A DNA stretch of 64,000 nucleotides from Tubiluchus corallicola (taxonomy: Eukaryota > Animalia > Priapulida), in contig JAQGDQ010000673.1 of the NCBI GenBank assembly GCA_030141605.1, positions 1-64,000 of the forward strand. Direction: 5' to 3'. The translations under genes and the position numbers were made by a program. Below the pieces are notes generated by a model. That model did not search any database and was not told the DNA's origin. It worked only from the letters and a program-made list of their open reading frames with translations. Of the stretch, positions 53,164 to 64,000 are shown piece by piece; the stretch's first letter is position 1, and every line of letters begins with the position of its first letter.

Positions 53164-54137
53164 TCTAGAAGAATTATTCATTTATCAAAACCGTTTGCAC
53201 AATTCAAGCACATAGAACTGGAACCAGGTACAAGACTGCATAGTTCTGAAGAATAAGCAACATTGTAAATGGAGCGTAGTTTCATATTATGGTGTTCTCT
53301 TGGAACCTGAAATGCAAAGAAACGTTTAGATCTAGAAGAATTATTCATGTATGAAACCCATTTGCACAATTCAAGCACATAGAACCAGGTACAAGACTGC
53401 ATAGTTCTGAAGATTAAGCAACATTGTAAATGGAGCGTAGTTTCATATTATGGCGTTCTCTTGGAACCTGAAATGCAAAGAAACGTTTAGATCTAGAAGA
53501 ATTATTCATTTATCAAAACACATTGCACAATTCAAGCACATAGAACCAGGTACAAGACTGCATAGTTCTGAAGATTAAGCAACATTGTAAACGGAGCGTA
53601 GTTTCATATTATGGTGTTCTCTTGGAACCTGAAATGCAAAGAAACGTTTAGATCTAGAAGAATTATTCATGTATGAAACCCATTTGCACAATTCAAGCAC
53701 ATAGAACCAGGTACAAGACTGCATAGTTCTGAAGATCAAGCAACATTGTAAACGGAGCGTAGTTTCATATTATGGTGTTCTCTTGGAACCTGAAATGCAA
53801 AGAAACGTTTAGATCTAGAAGAATTATTCATTTATCAAAACCCATTGCACAATTCAAGCACATAGAACCAGGTACAAGACAGCATAGTTCTGTAGATTAA
53901 GCAACATTGTAAACGGAGCGTAGTTTCATATTATGGTGTTCTCTTGGAACCTGAAATGCAAAGAAACGTTTAGATCTAGAAGAATTATTCATTTATCAAA
54001 ATCATTTGCACAATTCAAGCGCATAGAACCAGGTACAAGATTGCATAGTTCTGAAGAATAAGCAACATTGTAAACGGAGCGTAGTTTCATATCATGGTGT
54101 TCTCTTGGAACCTGGAATGCAAAGAAACGTTTAGATC
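53164..54137. repeat. Six tandem 161-bp units upstream of MOCS2B, each with a minus-strand acceptor (tttctttgcatttcag)
   Basis: tctagaagaa anchor at 53164, 53331, 53492, 53653, 53814, 53975. Confidence 0.92.
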
Positions 54138-54999
54138 ACAATTATGTAATTGTTAATTTGCCATAATGTAGGCATAGCAACAACGTCCATATGTGGGCAA
54201 TCAAGAACAATGTTTAAAATCCCAATTTTACAAGCACGTAAAGACTTCTACACAATCCTGTTTTTGTATAAATGCATCAACAATATTAACACGCCCTTCA
54301 TCAAAAATAAGCTTCCACTCCTCTTGGAGCCAACATTAAATCCAAGAACACACAATATTAAACAAATACGCACTAATAACAAATACGGCAACAATTCTAA
54401 CACTAAACAAGGAATTCAACTTTGGAATACCCTGCCATCAAATTTAAAACAAACCAAATCTTTCGACGAATTCAAATCAAAATTAAAATACATAGTTCAC
54501 GAGCGTAAATTTTTTTTAATATTGTTTATGTATTTGGAAATGAACCCACGTTTAAAATTTGTTATGGTGTATTAAAGTTGTTTACAGATTGAGTAACGTT
54601 ACTTAGAGTCTAGGCCACTGTCTTTTGTCAAGCTGAAATTAAGTTTCATAAAGTTTCTATCAGTAACATGATTAGAGTTTATTCACTCTGACCTGTTATC
54701 TATAGTATTGTATTTCTTAAGACAGTAATATGTAGGTATAGAATTGGTGTACTTAGCTATACAGCAAATTGCATTTATTTTATCTTTGTTGTTCTCGGCG
54801 TGCCATTTTGGTAAAGTCTTTTTGGACTACAGTTTTTCTCAGGTTACCCATTGTTACAGTCTATTTGTCTTGAATTATGTAGAATTATAGTGAATAAGCT
54901 AACTAACTGACTGACTGACTAACTAAGGTTGATAACTGAAAACTGACAACCCATCAATAATATATCATAGTAACATACATTTTACATACATATAATACG

Positions 55000-55420
55000 T
55001 ATCTCGACACTAGGCGGAGGAGCTGCACAAGCAGCCAACGGCTAGAGGGCAGAGGAGGTCAAGTGACCCAACGGCCATGTGGAGAGGAGTAAACCTTCCA
55101 AATCAGGAGTGGAGCCCCGAAGGCGGACCAGTGCAGCATGCTCGCTGACTCCGGCAGCTCCTGCAGTCAACCTGGTGCCAAACGTATCTCACCACTTTCC
55201 TTTGGACTACACTAGGGAGGAAGAGGGGGGTTCCTGTTGTCTGGGCAACTCAGGATCTCTATACACCTTGCCCATGCGTACGCCCTGGAGAGGCCACTCC
55301 AGTGGTTCAAGGATCGGACTGCTCAGCCACAGTTGACGCTGCAGCTCCATCAGTGTGATCAATAACTGACTTTCTTGGCGCACACTCCATTGTCTTCCAA
55401 GACAGAAGGATGTCAACAAT
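55000..55420 (-). mobile_element. GC-rich island resembling an RTE-clade 5' UTR / RTE-derived SINE
   Basis: Motifs catccttctgtcttggaagac...gtccaaaggaaag...atacgtttggcacc recalled from RTE-type elements; not verified by search. Confidence 0.4.
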
Positions 55421-55906
55421 AATATGTTCATCATGATACAATTTTAGTTAAAGTCAACAGGTATAATGATAAAAGTTAGTATCTATTGATGATGCTACTG
55501 CAGCAATTCTCAAGAAGCTGATACTGTTTCGAACACTATTATACAGCAACCAGAAAAAAATGTTTTTCCTGAAATGCCAAGCGGATTATTTAGCTTACAA
55601 AATTCAGTCTTATCTTATTAATATATATATGTTTGTCGGGGTTAACTCAGGGTTCTTGTACTGCCACCAGTAACTGCTTTTGATGAAATAGTGCCGAACG
55701 AGATTTAAAAAAGCAAAAAATAGTACTAATAATCTCTAGTTTACAGTTTTGGATTTTTTATAGTCGATAACTGTAACTGCACCAGTTAAAATGACAGCTC
55801 AATTACCAGGCAGGACATGTGTTTATATTACACGATAACTTACTAACGACACCATTTTTTGTACAAAATGAGCGCACCCAAGATCGAAGTAAATCGTAAC
55901 TTTAAA

Positions 55907-56160
55907 TTGATTTTACTAATAATAAACAATGTCATTGATTTTACTAATAATTAACAATGTTATTGATTTTACTAATAATTAACAATGTCATTGATTTTAC
56001 TAATAATTAACAATGTCATTGATTTTACTAATAATTAACGATGTCATTGAATTTACTAATAATTTAAAATGTCATTGATTTTACTAATAATTAACAATGT
56101 CATTGATTTTACTAATAATTAACAATGTCATTGATTTTACTAATAATTAACAATGTCATT
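55907..56160. repeat. 28-bp AT-rich minisatellite, ~9 copies
   Basis: attgattttactaataattaacaatgtc repeated. Confidence 0.9.
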
Positions 56161-58525
56161 GGTGAAACTTTCTAAGATTGTTTTTCAAATATTAAAATGA
56201 AAAGCTCAGCTTACTAAAAGACTTGGCTTGTCCTTTCATTGACTTTTGGAGATTTGCAGCAGGACCCCCGGGGCTGATTGTCTGCAGCCGTATTACGCAC
56301 AACTAAAATAAGGGTACTAGATTAAGCATGAAATCCAATGGACCAATGGAGCCTTATTAGTAGCATTGTGACGTATTTTTAATTTTGTCGATTGAGTAAT
56401 AATTCATTAACGAATGTAAGTAAGTTGATCATTTATGATCATTTTCGTAACTGTTAATGTCTGAAAACTGCCAATTCATTTTCATCACCATTTTTGCAGA
56501 TAAATTAGTGAATCAGTTCCGTTGGCGTCCCACTGATGGCGCCACGTGCTAATGCTGAAAGTTTTGCTAGCTCGTCGACTCACTTGCCGTACTGTAGGCT
56601 TAGTGTAAAGCTGTAGTGCCTTGTTGGATCATTGATATATGTGCATTTTTGCACGTACATTCAGAAAATAAAACAAGTATAGCAAACATTGCTCCACGCG
56701 ACCCGGCAGTAGCAGGTAGTTGTACAAAAACATCAAGGCCCTGGCCTTGAAATTTCGAAGCTTGCCAAATCTAAATCAATACACGTGAAGCATCAACGAG
56801 CCCTGTTGTTGTTTTCTGCCGCAGCGTGGCTCTAGTCTAGCAGCAGCAGCTGCTGCCATGTACCGTGTGTTCGACTAATACGAGGTTAAATGGGGCTTTC
56901 GTTCTGAATTCGTAGATGCAACTATCCCATGTTTATGCAGTGGTAGCAGGCAGCACGTAGCAGTGCGCTTTTAGCTATCTTGGTGTGACTACGTGTGAGG
57001 TACAGTCTTACCGAACTGAACGTTTGGTGTGACAATTAGCCAATATTCGGTGACAAGCATCCAGTGTTATAATAGATTATCTTTCAGTACTGTCATCTAG
57101 TGCTACTGTCCTTACCAAAGTGAGTAAAATATGATACATTTAAAATTTTTCGCTATTGTTTGTCGGTAGGCTTAAACAAATTAGGCCTAGAACGTGTCAT
57201 GAAGGCTTACATTTTTAGTGAAGTTCTAATTATTTTGCCCCTACTTATTATTGACAAGACTTAGTTTTTTTCGAATAGTACGTCACATGAATTCATTACT
57301 ACTCCAAAGCAAAAATAAAAAAAAACGAATTAATAACTGTAGACCAACAACCTGATTTATCAACTAACGTTTATTTTGCATTTTACCAGTAATATTGTTG
57401 CAGGGTACGGCAAGCGAATTCCTGACTAGGGCAAACTCTGACCACAATCATGTCAAACGTTATTCTCGTCACAGTCTTTCGATATTAGCATTTAAGAAAT
57501 GAAACAAGAATCACTCACCTCGTACAATGTACCTGATGCTACTGGGATAGTCAAAAAATACTATAGTAATAAAATAATTCGTTAAAAGTGCACAGTAAAG
57601 TTAACCATAAATCATGCCTCTTGCATTACTGTAGGCGAGCATCGTCACGGTCTATAGAGCATTATTTATTTCTTCCAACTTCCAACAGATGGCGCGGCGT
57701 AATTCAGCTTAAAATTGCAGACGACTTCGGTGAAACTGTTACTGAATGCATGGAATACATTAAAATTTTTGACACTATAACCAAATCAGGGAGTTACGAA
57801 GTTAGTAAAACTTTTCATTTGATATATGCAACCGTGTTTTAAAAATTCTGGATTTTACTTTGAAGTTTAATTTTTTTATAGCTAAGGTTCTATTACTGCA
57901 AAATTTGATTATTTTTACAGCTCATTTTTTGGATTAACTTTCATCTTTCCTTTTGCTTTGGTTACCTAGTAAGATACTGTTTGTTATAAAAGTTTAATTT
58001 CTTCACACATCCTTATGTAAGTCTTCATTTTGTATCAACATTCAGTTGTAGTTTTTTGTCTCAGTTGCTATCTATTGAATTTACTACTGTATTGTACTAT
58101 AGATGAATACAATATTACTTAGAATTGAATTGAACTGTTCTTCTGCCTAGTTTTGCCACCACTTCTGAGTTGGCCCGCAATCTGCTGAAATTCAGCCACA
58201 CATCCGTACATTGGTCGGAATTCCGAAAAATTCTGAATTTCGACCATTACATTGAAATTTAAGAGGAAAAAATGGAAATACATCTTGCATGAATTGAAGG
58301 TTATACTACAGACTACGGTTTCAAATTAGTTAAAACTAAATACATTAAATCACTAGGATTAGTGATGTTCAATGACCAACCACTATTGGTTAAATTTTCT
58401 TGATTTTTGTTTCTGAAAAAGACCCCATGGCCCCGACACTAGGTGCCTCTTAACTACTGATTTCGGTTCGTGATGGTAACCCTATTTGTGCCTAATGTTG
58501 ATGTAGTTCATTAATTTTGTACAGG

Positions 58526-58624
58526 ATGGCCGAAGTTAATACTAGATTTGTGAACACAGAGTATGGAAAAAACTATGTGCGCCTCCTGCATGTTAGGCGC
58601 GAAGGAAGAACCCATCACGTTCGA
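58526..58624 (+). CDS. uox: Urate oxidase coding exon 1 (MAEVNTRFVNTEYGKNYVRLLHVRREG...)
   Basis: YGK..V motif; ATG just after an acceptor (tgtacag|G ATG), implying an upstream non-coding exon; gtaagt donor. Confidence 0.9.
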
Positions 58625-59296
58625 GTAAGTTGTCTTTTATTACCTTCCTAATGACTGAACCTGCTAAATTTCACTTCTATTTGTAATAAATTAACGGGTT
58701 GAATTTAACCCATTATTTGATGGTGGTAATAATACAATTAATGATTACAATCATTCTGCCTAATTAAGTACTTGATTTAGTACATGAATTCCTATCGTCT
58801 TTCGCCCGTATATAAACAGTCTGTTGGTGATGAAATTTTACAATGTCTGATGAAATTTTACAACTCTCGTCGTGTTTTCTATATGCTGTTTTGTTATTAT
58901 TTATGATTATGTGAATTTACATTAGAATTGGTAATTATTTTTTGTATAATTGTACTCACTGTTTTTCATTGTGTATAAGGTGTGTAAATTTTTGTTACTA
59001 AGTATCAAAATATGTTCGTTATCTTTTATTGTGTATGTATGTAGTGTTGGATTATAATTTGTAGCTATGTCTATTGTATATGATCGTTGGCGTTCAATGT
59101 GTCTCATGCGCTGGATTCTAAATTATATATATATATATATATATGTGAATAGGTTTAATACGTTGTAAATACTTTTAGAAATTTTAAACGTATCCCTACA
59201 AATAGAGGGAATGTATTCTGTACAAAGTTTTAAAAATAAATAATAATAATAATAATAATAATACTTGATTTTGCTGATACATTGATTTGCAAACAG

Positions 59297-59422
59297 GAAA
59301 TTGAAGTTAACACAAAATTGACTCTAGACAGCGAGAAGGACTTTACGAATGCTGATAACAGTGATATTGTAGCCACTGATTCACAGAAAAACACGGTGTA
59401 CGTTCTAGCCAAACAGATCGGG
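59297..59422 (+). CDS. uox: Urate oxidase exon 2 (DNSDIVATDSQKNTVYVLAK)
   Basis: Uricase signature ATDSQKNT; aaacag / gtgagt. Confidence 0.95.
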
Positions 59423-60097
59423 GTGAGTAGTACATAACTTGTAACACTAATAAGCAAGCTAGCAAGTTTTTTTTTCTTTTCTTTTTTCCTCCTCATCTCC
59501 TAAGTAATTGTTGCTCTTTCTCATACTTACTTTTTCTCATAATTTTTTCTATATTACACTTTTTGATGCTTATTTTTTTCTTTCCATACTCTCAGTTTTT
59601 AACTTTACTCACTAACCTTGGTCAAATTCCCCTGTTAATTAGATCCCATATAATAATCCTAATTACTAAATAATTGTATTGTTTTGTTTAGATTTAGGTA
59701 TCTAACTTTATTATTTTTTGTTTTCAGTTCTTTTTGGATAATTTGCATCATTTATACTGTTTTTATTATTATTTTTTTCTTATTTGTTTTTGTTTTTGTT
59801 ATCTGCAGTATCACCGTTAATTTTTAATATACTAATTTATTTATAAGAAAGGGCAGGAGACTAGACGACCCTATGGTTCTTCCCTGCCCTGTTCCATGAT
59901 TATAATTACTTAATTTTTAATTTCAGTGTAGATTGGAGGAAAATTTTCACAGACTTACTGACTTGCTGATTTACTTCACTTAGCCTTACTCAGTACTAAA
60001 TTAGTTTGAGTTCATAAAACAGAAATTGTGAAATTAAGTTTGTAAAATAATATTATAAAAATGTATGAATGATTACAACTTGACAATGTGTAAACAG

Positions 60098-60293
60098 GTT
60101 AAGAACATTGAATCATTTGCGCTGGAACTCAGCAAGCACTTTCTAAGACAGTACAGCCACGTGAATAGGGCACAAGTACGGATCGAGCAAGCTCCATGGA
60201 AACGGGTAAACATTGACGGGAGGCAACACAATCATGCGTTTGTCAACACCCATGATGGAACTCGATATTGTAGTGTGGATCACAGACGACACG
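60098..60293 (+). CDS. uox: Urate oxidase exon 3 (IESFALELSKHF...PWKR...HNHAF)
   Basis: Uricase motifs; aaacag / gtaagt. Confidence 0.95.
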
Positions 60294-61617
60294 GTAAGTG
60301 CCTGAAATTATTGCGGAATGTTCCGCCTCAGTTAGGTGCTTCCCTTGCCTGGATCTGTCCACCTTAGTGTGTTCGTTAGCCTTGTGTACCTGGACCCAGG
60401 GATGGGAATTTTCCCCGGATACCCGGAATTCCGAGTTTTTGGAAGACCAGTAGTGCCATTTTTGTAAATCGCGTAAATTCGTTGAGAAATTTTTTACGGA
60501 CCCAGTACATTATTTCACAAGCTGACCGCTAGTTGGCAGGCCGTCACTTTGTTTACATCACGTACATCAGTGTAACCACGTGTACATCTCTATGTATAAA
60601 AATATAGAATCAATTGTGCAGAGTTATTTGAGTCAATTGCAGACAGTTTTTACATACTTTTGCATAGGAGCGGCCACTACTTAAGCATTTTTCAGACAAT
60701 TAGGTATCATTGTATCCTTGATAGTTGGCTATTTTAAATTATGCATGAAACAAGGTAATTGATATTTTAGCTCCACTTAGAAGCTATGGTTACAAAATTG
60801 CAATTTCTCATTCTCATCCGTGCCTGGACCATACAGATGTATGAAAAACAAATGGCACAAGGCTAATTGAATTTGGCGAAGCATTATTTTGGATATTGCA
60901 ACTGTTGTGTTTTTAAGTTAAAAGGTTAGAGGTCAATATCACAGGAGATCTGATATCGGTGTCACAAAGTAAATGAGTATGGTTGGCTCGTTCTGGACTG
61001 CATCACTCAAAATAGGTCTTCAAGACCTACAACTTTTCTGCTGCTGTATGAGCAATTGAGCACAGACATAATTAAGTGATCATTCAATCAATCAATTTTT
61101 TTCACTCCAGCAATACATATACAATACATCAACATACAATATTATTGAAAACTAACATAACACGTATTGCATTACATAATTTTTTTAAAATTTTACATTC
61201 TTAATCGTTTTATGGAGTCAGTGGCGAGGGTAGATGAAAGTTGAGTCTGTGTAATTAGTATCAGATTCATAATCTGGAAGTTGAAACCTGTTATATTGAT
61301 ATTCCTTTAATTTCTTTTGAAACTGGTGCAGAGATTCTATTTTTTTTAAGTTGTAAGTTTATAAGTTTATTTATTTCCACTCTGCATCTAACAGTTATAA
61401 TAAAAATACAGATAATTTTCCACTGAAGTAAATATAAATATAAATGCAATATTATCCAGAAATTACAAAACAGATTCTTATGCAGCATATACATGTGCAA
61501 ATTACCTTATAGAATAATTTTGATGCATACAGTTTGAGCCTAAAAGCATTGCTTTTGTTGTTTTATTTCACTGTTAGAGTTATTTCATAGAGTTATTTCA
61601 AAACCTATGTCAAACTA

Positions 61618-62041
61618 CCTTATTTTCCCATGTATAAGAGACCCTTTTTTGCTCAGAATTTTCACTTTAAAAATAGGGGGTCTCTTATACATGGGAGTAA
61701 GCCAACCCTTGGAGAAGTCTGCAGCTGGGTCCTCAAGGCGTGGAATGGTGTAAAGCCAGAGGTCATTATTAAATCTTTCAAGAAGTGTGGCATCTCCAAT
61801 GCCATGGACGGCACAGAGGACAATGCCATTTTTGAGCAGAGTGACTCCTCTGATGATGAACTGGCTGGAATTGCTGAAGGTCTGACTCCAGTTGATATTT
61901 TTGATGAGAGTGATGAGGAATTTAATGATTTCTATGATGAATAAAGTTATTCATTACCAAAAAACTTTTTTCCAGAATTTTTGCCTAAAAATTGAAGGGG
62001 TCTCTTATACACAAGGGTCTCTTATACATGGGAAAATACGC
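61618..62041 (+). mobile_element. Internally deleted pogo/Tigger transposon retaining a transposase C-terminal fragment
   Basis: TIR tattttcccatgtataagagacc and inverse; ORF WVLKAWNGVKPEVIIKSFKKCGISNAMDGTED plus acidic tail. Confidence 0.85.
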
Positions 62042-62224
62042 TATTTGAAACTATGTCAAAACCTTCCCAAAATTCCACTAGTGAGTAGGAATTTTCCGTA
62101 CATCCGGAATCGTAAACATACCTGCATGAAATGGATGAGATAATAGAATAATAATGGTTGATTACACCTTCTAAATATGGCTTCCTTTCTTCTTCTTTTT
62201 TCATCGCGTTTGCGTTTCTTCCAG

Positions 62225-62411
62225 AGGACCCGGTCGTGTGTGCGGGCATCAAGGACCTGAAGGTTCTGAAAACCACCCAATCGGCCTTCACGAACTTTGT
62301 TCAAGACGATTACCGGACACTTCCGGATGCGGACGATCGCATCTTCTGTACCATCATACGTGCCGATTGGAAGTACGACCGGTGGTCAGGATTTGATTTT
62401 GATAGAGCGTG
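62225..62411 (+). CDS. uox: Urate oxidase exon 4 (GIKDLKVLKTTQSAF...DDYRTLPDADDRIF)
   Basis: Uricase signature VLKTTQS.F; tttcttccag / gtatgt. Confidence 0.97.
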
Positions 62412-63573
62412 GTATGTTATTCTCTCAATTCAGTCTCAATTAATTTATTTAACTCCAGCAATACATATACAATACATCAACATACAATATTATTGGAAAA
62501 AAAGAAACAGTATAGGTAAAAAAACGTTGATGAAGTCAAATTAACCAAATAAAAGAGTTGCTGTTTGACACCTTGAAAGCTTGGCTTGTTAGGGTGGCAG
62601 AAATGAGTGAATGAAAGTATGGTTAGAGTTAGTAGACATGATGGAATGGAAATAGTAAGGTTACGGAGAGGAAGAAGGAAGGGAGGGGAGGATGAGTGAA
62701 TGAAAGAATGGTTAGGGTTAGTAGACATGATGGAATGGAAAAATCGTAAGATTACGGAGAGGAAGAAGGAAGGGAGGGGAGGATGAGTGAATGAAAGAAT
62801 GGTTAGGGTTAGTAGACATGATGGAATGGAAAAATAGTAAGATTACGGAGAGGAAGAAGGAAGGGAGGGGAGGATGAGTAAATGAAAGAATGGTTAGGGT
62901 TAGTAGACATGATGGAATGGAAATAGTAATGTTACGGAGAGGAAGAAGGAAGGGAGGGGAGGATGAGTGAATAAAAGAATGGTTAGGGTTAGTAGACATG
63001 ATGGAATGGAAAAATCGTAAGATTACGGAGAGGAAGAAGGAAGGGAGGGGAGGATGAGTGAATAAAAGAATGGTTAGGGTTTGTAGACATGATGGAATGG
63101 AAAAATAGCAAGAATAGGGATAGGAAGAAGGAAAAGAGAAGAAACGACAATTGTACAAGGTGTTTTATTGTAAATTGCCTGATTTTATAGTGTATGCATG
63201 TGATAATTTTAACAAGAAAACTACTTACATTTTATTAATAACAAATAATAATAAGACGCGAATAAGTGTCGTGACGCTAAAGGTGTCGCTGGGGTGTTTT
63301 GGGGAGAGCCAACAACCGACATTGGCAGGTTTATCAGACTGTTTTTGTAGTTGCGATGTTCGTGCTAAACAGATGATATCAATGGATGAAAACATGGTTT
63401 AACTTTGCGATCTGTATTTTACTCAAAATCATAATTTCATTGTCAATCCACATATACACGAAAATGGTAAACATAATTAACAGTAGCCAACAAAAGTTAA
63501 AGTAAATCTATCAGCCAATATAGTCGTGCAAAAAAAATTGAACTTTTACATTGAGATGTTTTGTTGCTTTTAG

Positions 63574-63697
63574 GGAAGCTGTGAGGGACGCCATAATGGA
63601 GAAGTTTGCGGGACCTCCCGATGTCGGCGTCTACTCCCCGTCAGTCCAGAACACGATTTACCTAGCTATACGACTGGCCATGAGCAGAGTTGAACAG
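63574..63697 (+). CDS. uox: Urate oxidase exon 5 (FAGPPDVGVYSPSVQNT); gene continues past the window end
   Basis: SPSVQ motif; gcttttag / gtaacg. Confidence 0.95.
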
Positions 63698-64000
63698 GTA
63701 ACGAGAAAAACAAGCTTAAAGGAATACATTTAATGCTTCTATTTTCAGTTTTTACAAAGATATCCGGGTTGGTAAGATCTTGGTAACATGTTGCACATGT
63801 AAACTGTACACACTTGGTACTGCATTCAACAGCTTGTGACATAAATTTTCCATTATTTATGAATCTCTTTGCATTTACAGTCAACCTCGGATGTAAGGGA
63901 CACCTTTGGACTGGAAAAAATTGTCCCTTATATCTGATGTCCCTTAGAGCCGAAGTTGAGTCAGACCGAGGGTATATCTAGACCTGTACTTTTAGAGAGA

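Overview
This is AT-rich, repeat-dense eukaryotic (invertebrate animal) genomic DNA with GT-AG spliced genes, not a prokaryotic locus. Four genes can be read. (1) The last nine exons of an Eph receptor tyrosine kinase (+, 3300-15972: juxtamembrane, kinase, SAM, PDZ-binding tail ...EGFLV*), enclosed by a >=2.5 kb near-identical inverted duplication (1-2532 / 17379-~19900). (2) A two-exon gene not assembled in the ORF track (+, 22354-22420 joined to 51148-51452 across a ~28.7 kb intron), predicted to encode a 123-aa secreted prepropeptide: signal peptide, very acidic pro-region, RERR furin site and a 41-aa cationic 6-Cys peptide. A triple-CRE cluster lies just upstream. (3) Molybdopterin synthase catalytic subunit MOCS2B (-, 52636-53082). 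(4) Urate oxidase (+, from 58526, running off the window), head-to-head with MOCS2B. The rest is MITEs (TA, TTAA and 8-bp TSD types), LINE tails, tRNA- and 5S-derived SINE-like pieces, a Helitron-like end, microsatellites and many minisatellites, three of which have amplified 3' splice-site sequence. All calls come from reading the sequence by eye; no database searches were run.
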